DNA from: Chitinophagaceae bacterium
GTDB taxonomy: Bacteria; Bacteroidota; Bacteroidia; Chitinophagales; Chitinophagaceae
Assembly: GCA_025933935.1 (NCBI GenBank)
Contig: JAICYZ010000001.1
Location: 1 to 62,517, forward strand
DNA: 62,517 nt
Reading direction: 5' to 3'
Program-made: the position numbers and the translations under genes
Part shown: positions 26,213 through 37,153 of the stretch, one piece after another
Layout of the letters: the number at the start of each line of letters is the position of its first letter
Position numbering within the stretch: position 1 is the stretch's first letter
Notes under the pieces: model-generated
What the model was told of the DNA's origin: nothing
The model's database searches: none
The model's input: only the letters and a program-made list of their open reading frames with translations

Positions 26213-28852
26213 ATGGCTTCTGCAGATACTCCTTTAATGAAACAGCACAATGCCATCAAGGCGAAATATCCTGATGCGATTTTGCTTTTTCGTGTAGGTG
26301 ATTTTTATGAAACTTTTGGACAGGACGCTATCACAGCGTCAAGGGTTTTAGGAATTACGTTAACCAAAAGAAACAATGCTTCTTCAACCGCACCTGAACT
26401 TGCAGGATTTCCGCATCACGCGCTCGATACGTATTTGCACAAATTGGTAAAAGCCGGTTTTCGTGTTGCTATTTGTGATCAATTGGAAGATCCTAAACTC
26501 GTGAAAGGAATCGTTAAACGTGGAGTTACCGAATTGATAACTCCGGGCGTCGCAACCAATGATAAATTACTGGAGCATAATCAAAATAATTTTTTGTGTG
26601 GGCTTCATATCATCGAAGAGAAAGCAGGAATTTCTTTTCTCGATATTTCTACCGGTGAATTTTTTATTGCAGAAGGCGATAAAGAGTATGCAGATAAATT
26701 ATTGCAAAGTTTGAATCCCGCCGAAATAATTTTTCAAAGAAATCAACAAAAAAATTTTAAAAGTTATTTCGGCAGTAAATTTTATACGTACACATTGGAT
26801 GAATGGATTTTTACTGAACAATATGCGCACGAAACTTTATTGAAACATTTCGGAACCCAGAGCCTGAAAGGCTTTGGCGTAGAGAATCTAAAAACAGGAA
26901 TTATTGCAGCAGGCGCTATTCTTCATTATTTAAAAGATACCGAGCATCCTAATCTTCAACACATCACTTCCCTGCAAAGAATTGATAAAGAAGATTATTT
27001 ATGGATGGATCGATTTACCATACGAAATCTTGAATTATTGGGCAGCAATGAAAACTACAGTTCTCTTTTAAAAGTTTTAGACAACACCGTTTCACCAATG
27101 GGCGCACGATTGCTGAAACGGTGGATGTTACTGCCTTTGACAGATATTAATTTAATTGAAGAGCGGCAAATCCTGGTTGAATATTTTATAAAATCTCCGG
27201 AAGAAAAAACAAAGATTGCACAAAATATAAAACAGGCCGGAGATATAGAAAGATTGGTGAGCAAAATTCCGTTGAAGAAAATAAATCCAAGAGAAGTGTT
27301 GCATATTGGCAAAGGTTTAAAACTTTCAGCGCAAATAAAAGATTGGTGCGAAAATTCTTCAAATGAATATTTAAAAAGATTGGGCGATTCACTGAATGCC
27401 TGTAAATATATTGCTGACAAAATTTTTAAAGAGATCATAGAAAACCCGCCAGTGGCTGTTTCTAAAGGAAATGTAATTGCCAAAGGCGTGAATGAAGAGT
27501 TGGACGAATTAAAAAGTATTGTGACCAATGGCAAAGAACATTTATTAAAACTTCAGCAAAAAGAAACGGAACGCACCGGAATTTCTTCGCTAAAAATTGG
27601 CTTTAATAATGTCTTTGGATATTACCTGGAAGTGACGAATACGCATAAAGATAAAGTTCCGGACAATTGGATACGTAAGCAAACATTGACTAACGCTGAA
27701 AGATACATTACTCCCGAGCTGAAAGAATATGAAGAAAAAATAACCGGAGCAGAAGAAAAAATCCTCGCTCTTGAGCAAAATATTTTTGAACAATTATTAA
27801 ATGAATTGCAGGATTATATTGCGCCGATGCAATTGAACGGACATGTTTTTGCCGTACTTGATTGCCTTATTTGTTTTGCAAATAATGCTTTGCATTTTAA
27901 ATACAAAAAGCCTCAATTGCACAGCGGGCTTGAACTTGAACTAAAGGCGAGCCGCCATCCGGTTATAGAAAGAAACTTGCCACAGGGAGAAAGTTATATT
28001 GAAAATGATATTTTTTTAGACCCGCAAACTCAACAGGTAATTATTTTAACCGGGCCGAACATGAGTGGTAAAAGTGCGATTCTTCGGCAGGCTGCTTTGA
28101 TAACACTGATGGCACACATGGGAAGTTTTGTGCCTGCAGCAGAAGCAAGAATTCCACAGACAGATAAGATTTTTACAAGAGTCGGCGCCAGCGATAATCT
28201 CAGCAGCGGTGAAAGTACTTTTATGGTGGAAATGAATGAAACGGCAAGCATCATCAATAATATAAGTCCGCGAAGTTTGATTCTTCTTGATGAAATCGGA
28301 AGAGGAACTTCTACTTATGACGGCATTTCCATTGCATGGAGTATTGTTGAATATCTGCATCATTCTCCACATGCGCCAAAAACTTTATTTGCCACACATT
28401 ATCATGAATTGAACGAATTGGAAAATAAATTTGAGCGCGTAAAAAATTTCCACATCACGAACAAAGAGGCTGGAAATAAAATTATTTTTTTAAGAAAATT
28501 AGTTTCCGGTGGAAGCATTCACAGCTTTGGTATTCATGTGGCAAAGATGGCTGGAATGCCGCCAACACTGATTCACAGGGCAAATGAGATTTTAAAGCAA
28601 TTAGAAACGAAGCATGTGGATTCTCCTGAAGATGAAGCGGATTCATCTACTGAACCTGTGAAAAAAAATAAAAAGAGTATTAAAGAAAATCTACGCCAAC
28701 TGAATGCGCCACAAATGCAACTCAGTATTTTCGATGCGCACTCCCAGGCTTTTGAAGACATTCGTAAAATTTTAGAAGTGGTGGATATCAATCGTTTGAC
28801 GCCTGTTGAGGCTTTATTGAAATTGCAGGAAATAAAAGGGATGGTAAAGTAA
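26213..28852 (+). CDS. mutS: DNA mismatch repair protein MutS
   Basis: TPLM.Q, GDFYETF, GPNMSGKS, STFMVE, DEIGRGTS, FATHYHEL, clamp-binding-like QLSIF. Confidence 0.98.
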   Translation: MASADTPLMKQHNAIKAKYPDAILLFRVGDFYETFGQDAITASRVLGITLTKRNNASSTAPELAGFPHHALDTYLHKLVKAGFRVAICDQLEDPKLVKGIVKRGVTELITPGVATNDKLLEHNQNNFLCGLHIIEEKAGISFLDISTGEFFIAEGDKEYADKLLQSLNPAEIIFQRNQQKNFKSYFGSKFYTYTLDEWIFTEQYAHETLLKHFGTQSLKGFGVENLKTGIIAAGAILHYLKDTEHPNLQHITSLQRIDKEDYLWMDRFTIRNLELLGSNENYSSLLKVLDNTVSPMGARLLKRWMLLPLTDINLIEERQILVEYFIKSPEEKTKIAQNIKQAGDIERLVSKIPLKKINPREVLHIGKGLKLSAQIKDWCENSSNEYLKRLGDSLNACKYIADKIFKEIIENPPVAVSKGNVIAKGVNEELDELKSIVTNGKEHLLKLQQKETERTGISSLKIGFNNVFGYYLEVTNTHKDKVPDNWIRKQTLTNAERYITPELKEYEEKITGAEEKILALEQNIFEQLLNELQDYIAPMQLNGHVFAVLDCLICFANNALHFKYKKPQLHSGLELELKASRHPVIERNLPQGESYIENDIFLDPQTQQVIILTGPNMSGKSAILRQAALITLMAHMGSFVPAAEARIPQTDKIFTRVGASDNLSSGESTFMVEMNETASIINNISPRSLILLDEIGRGTSTYDGISIAWSIVEYLHHSPHAPKTLFATHYHELNELENKFERVKNFHITNKEAGNKIIFLRKLVSGGSIHSFGIHVAKMAGMPPTLIHRANEILKQLETKHVDSPEDEADSSTEPVKKNKKSIKENLRQLNAPQMQLSIFDAHSQAFEDIRKILEVVDINRLTPVEALLKLQEIKGMVK

Positions 28853-28917
28853 ACCCATAAATTTTAAGGTAAGGTTTATAGGCTTTAGATTAACTTTATA
28901 ATTCTAAAAATAACAAT

Positions 28918-29148
28918 ATGGATGAAGCAACTGAAATGAAAAATCTTGCGAAAAAATATTTAGATACCGCTGACGAAAAAACTATTAAAATGGTTTTAGC
29001 CATGCTGGAAGTTGATGCTGAAAAAGACTGGTGGGATGATTTGCCTGACGATGCAAAAAAATCAATTGAACGCGGACTGCAAGATATAGAAAACGGGAGA
29101 GTAACGCCCCATGAGGAAGTAATGAGAAAATACAAGAAATGGCTATGA
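28918..29148 (+). CDS. Addiction-module antitoxin
   Basis: DWWDDLP....KSIERGLQDIENGRV.PHEEV pattern; ATGA overlap with a toxin-like gene. Confidence 0.78.
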   Translation: MDEATEMKNLAKKYLDTADEKTIKMVLAMLEVDAEKDWWDDLPDDAKKSIERGLQDIENGRVTPHEEVMRKYKKWL

Positions 29149-29441
29149 TAATTAAATGGTCCGATGAAGCGATCGAAACATTTGATAATAACATTCAGTT
29201 TTTACATGAACAATAGACGGACAGAGAAATCATCAATTTTGTAAAAACGACAAACGAAAAAATCGGTAATATAGGAATGAATCCGAAAATTTATAAGAGA
29301 TCTGAAAAAGATCCTACGATACGGAAATGTGGTATTAATAAAAACATTAGTTTATTCTTTAAATATTTTCCCGATAAACAAGAAGTAATTCTTTTATCAT
29401 TTTGGAATAATAGACGAAATCCCAAAGATTTAAAATATTAA
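29145..29441 (+). pseudogene. RelE/ParE-family toxin with an in-frame amber stop
   Basis: MIIKWSDEAIETFDNNIQFLHEQ*TDREIINFV...NPKIYK...IRK...NKNISLFF...VILLSFWNNRRNPKDLKY*. TAG at 29214-29216 (codon 24), where Trp (TGG) would fit. Confidence 0.82.
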
Positions 29442-29496
29442 CTGCTTCAGTAAAAACTAATGTAACTGATAACAATAGGTATGTTTTATACAGGCC

Positions 29497-30870
29497 TCAA
29501 TATTCATACACCAGATAGCCCCAAGGCTGCATGTCATACACATGATTGTCAAATAATTTTTCTTTCTTTTTAGAAAACACGTTTAAAGGATTTCCATAAA
29601 CATCATTTTGCTTTATGGTAAAGTGTTGCGGTTCGGGAGAAAGATTTAACACGACAAGGATTTTTTTATTTCCCTTTTGTCTGATGTAAGCAAAAATTGC
29701 ATCATCATTCGCCGTTGGTATTTTTTTGTAAGCGGCATCAGCAGCAAGGGCTTGATTTTTTTCACGAAGATGAAGCAACGTGCTGTAAAATGGCGCCATC
29801 TCATACTTATCCCAAACAATCGGATCATGCACAAAAAATTTTAAACGCCTTTTATTCGGAACTTCCTGTCCGCTGTAAATAAGTGGAACACTTTCATACA
29901 TCGTTTGGGTAAGCACTGCAAACGCTTTGTAAGCATCCCCATATTTTTCAAACTCAGTTCCATTCCAGCTATTCTCATCATGATTTGTGGTGAAATACAT
30001 GCGCTCCGCATTTTTTGGAAAAACCGTAAAGTTAAAATTCAACACAGAATCAAGGTATTTCAAATTATGTTTTTGCTGCGCCACCTCTACTGTTGCCCAC
30101 ATGATATTCCATGCATAAGTAGCATCAAATCCAACTGTGTGAAACTCGGGCCTTTCACTTTCAGCAAGCATGAAAACATCTTTCACTTTTCTTAACTCAG
30201 TAATGCATTTCTTCCAAAAATCGTAAGGAATCGGATCTACATGATCGCAACGGAATCCATCAATCCCGGTTTCAGTGATCCAGTATTTCATCACACTGAT
30301 CATGCTATCGCGCAACTCCTGGTTATTATAATTTAAATTTCGTGTATCAGTATAGTCGTTATCATAAACAGTATTTCCTTTTGCATCTCTCTGATAAAAA
30401 GCCGGATGACTTTTAATCCAGGGATTATCAGGCGAAGTATGATTGGGAACCCAATCTATGATCACTTTGAAACCAAGACGGTGTGCATGTTTCACCAATT
30501 CTTTCCAGTCTGCCATCGTACCGAATTCCGGATTCACTTCTTTATAATTCATTACCGCATAATAACTTCCCAAATCGCTTGAAGTCATTTTTCTGCCTTC
30601 AATTCCAATTGGATTAATTGGCATAAACCATAAAATCTTTACGCCCATTTCTTTTAATCTTGGCAAGCTTTTTTCAAATCCTTTAAATGTTCCTTCCTGC
30701 GAATATTGCCTCACATTTACTTCGTATATGTTGCTTTGTTCAGTCCAGGAAGGATGAGTAAACGAAGTAGCCGGAGCACCGAGATTAGCAATAGGAGCAA
30801 GTTTTTGACTGCACGAAACCAAAAAGAAAACAAAAACCATCAACGATGAGAGAAGCGACATTTTTTTCAT
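29497..30870 (-). CDS. GH13 alpha-amylase-family lipoprotein
   Basis: Lipobox LVS-C, IYEVNVRQY, DWVPNH, DGFRCD, LAE, NHDEN catalytic regions. Confidence 0.92.
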   Translation of the reverse strand: MKKMSLLSSLMVFVFFLVSCSQKLAPIANLGAPATSFTHPSWTEQSNIYEVNVRQYSQEGTFKGFEKSLPRLKEMGVKILWFMPINPIGIEGRKMTSSDLGSYYAVMNYKEVNPEFGTMADWKELVKHAHRLGFKVIIDWVPNHTSPDNPWIKSHPAFYQRDAKGNTVYDNDYTDTRNLNYNNQELRDSMISVMKYWITETGIDGFRCDHVDPIPYDFWKKCITELRKVKDVFMLAESERPEFHTVGFDATYAWNIMWATVEVAQQKHNLKYLDSVLNFNFTVFPKNAERMYFTTNHDENSWNGTEFEKYGDAYKAFAVLTQTMYESVPLIYSGQEVPNKRRLKFFVHDPIVWDKYEMAPFYSTLLHLREKNQALAADAAYKKIPTANDDAIFAYIRQKGNKKILVVLNLSPEPQHFTIKQNDVYGNPLNVFSKKKEKLFDNHVYDMQPWGYLVYEY

Positions 30871-31297
30871 AAACAAATCTTTAGAAAATATTTGCATTAT
30901 TTTTCAACCAAAAATAAATTATTAAAGAATAAAGATAGAGAATTACATTCATCTTCTTTTTTGAGAAAGAACCTTTAAACCTGCCGGCAAAAATCTTTGA
31001 AGAAAATTAAAATTGCAGAACACAGATTCGTGATATTTCTTCATCTGCTGATTCACAGCCGAACTCCGTGTCTGATCAGCGCAATCTAATTATTTTGTGG
31101 GGTCAATTAATGCATCGCCACAAACTAGTATAGAGAAAACTGAAATTCTCTTTATTTGTTTGTTCACTGAAAGAATGTGGGAAATTCCCTGCATAAGAAA
31201 AACATATTTAAGGAATGAATAACGAAAACGGGAAAACGGCTTTCCTCGTTCTAACATTTTCTTCACTTATCTTTGACGCTAATTTTTTAACTAATTT

Positions 31298-32110
31298 ATG
31301 GTCAAAGAAATCACTGAAGCCGTTCAATTTATTCAATCAAAATATAATACCAGCCCTGCAATCGGAATCATATTGGGAAGCGGTCTTGGCAGCTTTGCTG
31401 ATGAAATTAACATCGAGTGTGAAATCGAATACAGCGACATTCCACATTTTCCGGTAAGTACTGTAGAAGGACATTCCGGCAAATTGATTTGTGGGACTTT
31501 GAGTGGTAAAAAAGTCGTTGCCATGGCTGGCCGTTTTCATTATTATGAAGGGTATACCACAAAGGAAGTTGTTTTTCCGATAAGGGTTTTGAAATTTTTA
31601 GGAATAAAAACTCTTTTGATCAGCAATGCCGCCGGTGGTATTAATTCATCTTTTAAAGTCGGCGATCTGATGATCATCAAAGATCACATCAGCATGCTAA
31701 CGATCAACCCATTGCTTGGAAAAAATATTGATGAATTCGGTGAACGGTTTCCGGACATGAGTGAACCTTATAAAAATAATTTAATTGCAAAAGCGAAAAA
31801 AATTGCACTGGATAATGAAATCAACATTAAAGAAGGAGTGTATGTAGGCGTTACCGGACCCACTTTTGAAACACGAGCAGAATATAAGATGTTGAATATT
31901 CTTGGCGGTGATGCGGTAGGTATGAGCACAGTGCAGGAGGTGATAGCAGCAGTGCAACTTGGTTTGCCGGTTTTTGCGATTAGCGTGATTACCGATATCG
32001 GCATCAGGCAAGAAGAAAATACCATCACTCATGAAGAAGTGTTGCAAGCAGCAAAAGATGCAGAACCAAAGCTGACGCTGATCTTTAAACAATTGATCAA
32101 GCAGTTATAA
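31298..32110 (+). CDS. punA: Purine-nucleoside phosphorylase (trimeric type)
   Basis: IILGSGLG, GRFHYYEG, SNAAGGIN, GPTFET.AE, DAVGMSTV.E; TATCTTTG box at 31268-31275. Confidence 0.95.
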   Translation: MVKEITEAVQFIQSKYNTSPAIGIILGSGLGSFADEINIECEIEYSDIPHFPVSTVEGHSGKLICGTLSGKKVVAMAGRFHYYEGYTTKEVVFPIRVLKFLGIKTLLISNAAGGINSSFKVGDLMIIKDHISMLTINPLLGKNIDEFGERFPDMSEPYKNNLIAKAKKIALDNEINIKEGVYVGVTGPTFETRAEYKMLNILGGDAVGMSTVQEVIAAVQLGLPVFAISVITDIGIRQEENTITHEEVLQAAKDAEPKLTLIFKQLIKQL

Positions 32111-32122
32111 GAATTCTTATAG

Positions 32123-34180
32123 ATGTTTATTTCAGAAAAAATAGTTATTGAAATTAAGCTGATAAAAAAAATTGGTTGTTTATTTTTATTGCTTTTCACC
32201 TTTGAATTTTCTTATGCGCAAATACCGGGAATCCGTGGCAATCCTTTGCAAAACTTTTCGAATATTGGCAACAAATCCGGTTCAGATACCATTGGCTTTG
32301 AGCACCGCAATGACCTCAAAGATTCGATTACCATTTCTTACCATCACCTGAATTCATTGACAAAAGAATTCCTCGATTCTTCCATCAATGATTTTGGGAA
32401 ATATTATACCGTTCCGGATGGATATGTTACGCTTGGAAATAATGGAAACGCTGCTTATCCTGTTTTATTTACTCCTATTTTGAAAGCTGGATGGGACGCT
32501 GGCTTTCACGCATTTGATGTTTATAAATATACAATTGAAAACACGCGTTTTTTTCAAACAACACGACCTTATACGGAATTAAGTTATTTTTTGGCTTCGG
32601 GAAAAGAACAGGTTGTAAAAGTTCTACAAACTCAAAACATTAAACCAAACTGGAATGTAGGAATTGATTACCGTTTGATTTCTTCTCCCGGGTTTTTTCA
32701 AACCCAAAATACCAATGATAATAATTACCGGTTGTTTAGCCATTACCAGGGGAAAAGAAAAAGATATTCCGCCTATTTTGTTTTGATGGGAAATAAACTT
32801 GGCTCATCAGAGAATGGGGGCATTGTAAACGATTCATTTCTGCTTGCTCCAAACCGCAAAAGAAGAATGACGGTTCCTGTTCATCTTGGAAGCGATTCGT
32901 TGAGTCAGAATATATTTTCAACAAAAATCAGTACTGGTAATCTTTATAACGATTTCACCGCTTTTTTCAGGCAGAGTTATGACATCGGAAAAAAAGATTC
33001 AATCATTATCAATGATAGTACTACCGAATATTTATTTTATCCGAAGCTGCGTTTCCAGCACACGATTAATTTTACTTCCTCATCTTATGAATTTAAAGAC
33101 ACATTAAGCAATCCATACCTCGCTCAAGCCGACTCGGCCTTCTTTCAACAGAATTATGATACCTCACTTCATCCGACTTATGGATTAAATTTTTCTGTAA
33201 AAGATAAGTGGAAATTTGTTTCAAATGATTTTGTAATCCGTCAATTTCCGGAAACGAAAAACCTGGGTCAATATATAGAAGCAGGAATGCGCCTCGAAAA
33301 TTTTTCCGGATATTTTTATTCGGGAAAAAAGAATTTTTATAACGTTGTATTACATGGAGAATATAGAAATAAAACCAGGAATAAAAAATGGGATGCCGTG
33401 TTGAATGGAGAATTTTATGCAACGGGCCTGAATGCAGCAGATTTCAATGTTTATGCATCTGTAGCGCGAACGTTGAATCAAAAATTGGGTGATGTACAAA
33501 TAAGTTTTCAAAACGTGAACCGCTCTCCTTCTTACATTTATGAAGGTAGTTCTTCCTTCAACTTCGGTAATAATTTAAAGACGAATAAAGAAAATATAAC
33601 CGTATTAACTGCTACCGCCATTAACCGGCGTTTTACATTGATGGCCCGAAATATTTCTATTACCAACTACACTTATTTCAAAAATTTTTATCAAACAGAG
33701 CAGTACAATGGTTTGGTAAACCTGACCCAGGTTACCGCGTCAGCAAAAACAAAAATTGCACGCCATTTGAATTTATACAGTGATTTTATTGTTCAGCAAA
33801 CTACAGGAAATAATCCAATTCATGTTCCGTTGTTTTATACACGGCAAAGGCTGGCTTTTGAAGGAAATTATTTTAAAAACTTAAACCTCAGCACAGGCAT
33901 TGATGTAAAATATAATACTCCTTACAAAGCCGACAATTATTCGCCGGTAATGGGAAAATTTTTTCCGCAGGATACGGTTGTAATCAACAATCTTCCGCAG
34001 ATAAATCTCTTTTTTAATTTTAGAATAAAGTCGTTTACAGCATTCTTCAAAGCAGAAAACCTCAATACTTTTAATATAGAAGAAGGACTTGCATTTACCA
34101 ATAATAACTTTGCTGCTCCCTTGTATCCCACACCGGGACTCGTTATCCGGTTTGGAATTAAGTGGGGTTTTGTAAATTAA
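32123..34180 (+). CDS. Putative porin (Bacteroidota Porin_10-like beta-barrel)
   Basis: Signal peptide, LGNNG, TTRPYTEL.Y, TQNIKPNWN.G, C-terminal IRFGIKWGFVN. Confidence 0.75.
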   Translation: MFISEKIVIEIKLIKKIGCLFLLLFTFEFSYAQIPGIRGNPLQNFSNIGNKSGSDTIGFEHRNDLKDSITISYHHLNSLTKEFLDSSINDFGKYYTVPDGYVTLGNNGNAAYPVLFTPILKAGWDAGFHAFDVYKYTIENTRFFQTTRPYTELSYFLASGKEQVVKVLQTQNIKPNWNVGIDYRLISSPGFFQTQNTNDNNYRLFSHYQGKRKRYSAYFVLMGNKLGSSENGGIVNDSFLLAPNRKRRMTVPVHLGSDSLSQNIFSTKISTGNLYNDFTAFFRQSYDIGKKDSIIINDSTTEYLFYPKLRFQHTINFTSSSYEFKDTLSNPYLAQADSAFFQQNYDTSLHPTYGLNFSVKDKWKFVSNDFVIRQFPETKNLGQYIEAGMRLENFSGYFYSGKKNFYNVVLHGEYRNKTRNKKWDAVLNGEFYATGLNAADFNVYASVARTLNQKLGDVQISFQNVNRSPSYIYEGSSSFNFGNNLKTNKENITVLTATAINRRFTLMARNISITNYTYFKNFYQTEQYNGLVNLTQVTASAKTKIARHLNLYSDFIVQQTTGNNPIHVPLFYTRQRLAFEGNYFKNLNLSTGIDVKYNTPYKADNYSPVMGKFFPQDTVVINNLPQINLFFNFRIKSFTAFFKAENLNTFNIEEGLAFTNNNFAAPLYPTPGLVIRFGIKWGFVN

Positions 34181-34199
34181 CTGAACACAAAAGTATCGC

Positions 34200-34700
34200 A
34201 TGAAGATAGAAGACTTTAACCATACTATTGATATCTGGATCACCGAACTGGAACCTTACAACTTTTCTCAAATCTGTCATAAATCCTCACCAGAAACCTG
34301 GTCACTCGGACAAGTAATTATGCATTTGATAGCAGAAACAAATTTCTATCTGCAGCAAATAAAAATTTGCCTTTGTGGGAACGAAAATTCAAATGAAGAG
34401 GCCGCATCCAATGGCAAAATGATGTTCATAAAAAATTCATTTCCTGATCAAATTATTGAAGGGCCCGCTTCTAATATGCTCGTTCAACAGCCGGAAAGCA
34501 AAACGCAACTACTGGGTTCTTTAAAAGATTTAAAAGATTCCTTTAATGAAGTGAATGCAAGCATTTTGAAAAGTCCATATCATGGCAAAACAAAACATCC
34601 GGGTTTGGGATATTTCAATGCGAGCGAATGGTTACAGTTTGCAGAAATGCATTTGCGGCATCATTTGAAACAAAAGGAACGGATTGACCATTTCCTTTAA
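34200..34700 (+). CDS. DinB-family protein
   Basis: WSLGQV..HL, HPGLG...A.EWL.FAEMHLRHH..Q metal-binding His pattern. Confidence 0.85.
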   Translation: MKIEDFNHTIDIWITELEPYNFSQICHKSSPETWSLGQVIMHLIAETNFYLQQIKICLCGNENSNEEAASNGKMMFIKNSFPDQIIEGPASNMLVQQPESKTQLLGSLKDLKDSFNEVNASILKSPYHGKTKHPGLGYFNASEWLQFAEMHLRHHLKQKERIDHFL

Positions 34701-34825
34701 CTAACAAATTGATACTTTGCATTATTTATGTGTTTACTGAAGCTGCTTTTATTCAGTTATTAACGTTTGATGAAATCGCAGCTTAATATTTATCACTAAA
34801 TTTGAATTTGATCAAACTTAAAAAA

Positions 34826-35194
34826 ATGAAAAAAATTAAATTTTTCAGCATACTATTTTTTAGTATTCTTTCTTTCCAGTTTTCTTCTGCACAAACAGCA
34901 AAATCAGAAAGCATTAAAGTAAATGGCAACTGTGAAATGTGCAAAAAACATATAGAAAAAAGCGCGCTTGAAGCAGGGGCAACAGCCGCCAACTGGGATA
35001 AAAAAACCAAATTTTTACAAATCAGCTATGATCCCGCTGTTACTAATTCCGCTAAAATACAAACAGCCATAGCAGCTGCTGGTTATGATACACAGGATTT
35101 TAAAGCAAGCGACAGTGCTTATAATAAATTGGACGAATGTTGCCAGTATGACCGTAGCGTCTCTTCAAAAGAAAATACGGATAAAAAAGAATAA
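34826..35194 (+). CDS. Exported heavy-metal-associated (HMA) domain protein
   Basis: Signal peptide, GNCEMCKKHIE, AGYD, C-terminal LDECCQYDR. Confidence 0.85.
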   Translation: MKKIKFFSILFFSILSFQFSSAQTAKSESIKVNGNCEMCKKHIEKSALEAGATAANWDKKTKFLQISYDPAVTNSAKIQTAIAAAGYDTQDFKASDSAYNKLDECCQYDRSVSSKENTDKKE

Positions 35195-35206
35195 TTTTTT
35201 TTCAGA

Positions 35207-35683
35207 ATGCTGATCAGAAAAATAATTAAGGATGACAATGAAATGATGGCTTCTATTATCCGTAATTCATTATTGGAGTTTAATGCTGCCAAACCAGGCA
35301 CTGTTTATTACGACAAGACTACCGATCATTTAAGTGATACTTTTAAAGAAACCCGTTCGGCTTATTTTGTTATCGAAATAAGTCATGAAATAGCAGGTGG
35401 CTGCGGGATTTTTCCAACAAAAGGATTACCTGAGAACACTTGTGAACTGGTAAAATTATACGTTTCTAAAAAATACCGGCATAACGGTTATGGGCAAACG
35501 CTTTTAGAGAAATGCATGCAGGAAGCAAAGAAACAAGGTTATGAAAAAATGTATCTTGAATCTATGCCGGAACTTTCGAATGCAATTGGGATGTATCAGA
35601 AAAATGGTTTTAAAAAAATTACCGGGCCTTTGGGCAACAGCGGACATACAGGTTGTGATGTTTGGATGATAAAAGAATTATAA
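35207..35683 (+). CDS. GNAT N-acetyltransferase
   Basis: CELVKLY, YRHNGYG, YLES, A..MY.K.GF, GH..CDVWM. Confidence 0.88.
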   Translation: MLIRKIIKDDNEMMASIIRNSLLEFNAAKPGTVYYDKTTDHLSDTFKETRSAYFVIEISHEIAGGCGIFPTKGLPENTCELVKLYVSKKYRHNGYGQTLLEKCMQEAKKQGYEKMYLESMPELSNAIGMYQKNGFKKITGPLGNSGHTGCDVWMIKEL

Positions 35684-35729
35684 ACTGTTTTTTGTAAAAA
35701 ATTCTGCGGATATCGATGGGAAGAGGCAC

Positions 35730-36947
35730 CTAATTTTTCACTAAAATTAATTCCTTGCTTTTCTTTGCAATCACCTTTCTTCCAATCAATAAAACAACAA
35801 AACTGCTCACAGCGCAGCAACACATAACTACTGCCATCGGCATTGCAGTGCCATTATTAAAAATACTGACCAAAGCCGTAGAAACTGCGCCAATGCCAAG
35901 TTGTATCGCTCCCATCAATGCAGAAGCAGTTCCTGCATTTTTAGTAAACGGAGCCAAAGAAAGCGCCGACGAATTGGGGAATGCAAATCCTTGCGTGCTT
36001 AAAAAAACCCAGATTAAAAAAATCGTGGAATACAAACCGAGAATATGAAAATAATTTCCTACAACCAATGCAATTCCTGCCAGGCATTGACAAAATAAAG
36101 TGACCCTTATAATTTGTTCGCTTGAATATTTTCTAAGTAGTAAGGTATTTACCTGGCTGGCCGAAATAAGTCCCATCGCGATGATTGCAAAAATCCATCC
36201 ATATTGCTTTTCAGAAACGTGATATAATTCCATAAATACAAAAGGTGAGCCGGCAATGTAAGCATACAATCCTGATGAAGCAATTGCGCCGGCAAATGCG
36301 TAAGTATAAAATTGCGGCACCTTTGCTACCTCAAGGAAACCGGAAATAATTGGCCTTGGTAGTAGAGAAAGTGACGCATCTGGCATTCTGCCATCCGGCA
36401 ATTTAAAATACACCAACAAAAGTGTCGCTCCTGCGATTCCGGAAAGAATATAAAAAATTGATTGCCATCCAAAAGCAGATGAAACATAGCCACCCAAAGT
36501 CGGCGCTACAATTGGTGACAAAGCGAGCACCAACATCAACAACGAAAATATTTTTGCATTTTCCTGTACAGGAAAAATATCACGGACCAAGGCTCGCGAA
36601 GCTACCATACCGGCGCATGAACCCAACGCCTGTAAAAAACGGATTCCGATTAAAGCATCAGCTGTCGGTGCGTAAGCACAAGCAATCGAAGTGAGCAGAT
36701 AAACAATCAAGCCAATGTATAAAGGCTTTTTCCTTCCGAATTTATCTAATAGCGGCCCATAAATCAATTGACCGATAGAAATACCAATAAAAAAACTGGT
36801 AATTGAAAGTGTGATGTGCGCAACGGTTGTATGAAGGTCGCGTGCTATATCAGGAAAACCGGGAAGATACATGTCAATTGAAAATGCGCCCATCGCAGAA
36901 AGTAAACCGAGTGTAAAAATGGTAAAAAATCTTTCCCTTCCTTTCAT
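35730..36947 (-). CDS. Bcr/CflA-family MFS multidrug efflux transporter
   Basis: IDMYLPGFP, GQLIYGPL.DKFGRK, RFLQALG, SPIVAPTLGG, AGTASALMG. Confidence 0.93.
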   Translation of the reverse strand: MKGRERFFTIFTLGLLSAMGAFSIDMYLPGFPDIARDLHTTVAHITLSITSFFIGISIGQLIYGPLLDKFGRKKPLYIGLIVYLLTSIACAYAPTADALIGIRFLQALGSCAGMVASRALVRDIFPVQENAKIFSLLMLVLALSPIVAPTLGGYVSSAFGWQSIFYILSGIAGATLLLVYFKLPDGRMPDASLSLLPRPIISGFLEVAKVPQFYTYAFAGAIASSGLYAYIAGSPFVFMELYHVSEKQYGWIFAIIAMGLISASQVNTLLLRKYSSEQIIRVTLFCQCLAGIALVVGNYFHILGLYSTIFLIWVFLSTQGFAFPNSSALSLAPFTKNAGTASALMGAIQLGIGAVSTALVSIFNNGTAMPMAVVMCCCAVSSFVVLLIGRKVIAKKSKELILVKN

Positions 36948-37153
36948 ATTTGCGAAGTTAATTCTATGAATTTAATTTAAAGCTTTCAAGTTATTTATGA
37001 AATCAGAAAAAATATAAAAGTTAAATGTTTCAATTGAAAATAAGAATCGGCTTATTTGTTGTTTTACTGACACTGGAATATTTGTGGGCAAAAGAATTTG
37101 AAAGGTTATAAACATAACATTTCACCGGCAATGCTTTGCTTATTTTTGCAATC

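Noticed and set aside
26213-28852. Mutator state (broken mutS) explaining the transition-type lesions in toxins
   Set aside because: mutS is full length with all motifs, and neighbouring core genes show no lesions
29214-29216. In-frame TAG as evidence of stop-codon reassignment or pyrrolysine
   Set aside because: TAG terminates normal genes here (25617, 38479, 56394), no suppressor tRNA is present, and another toxin is broken by TAA
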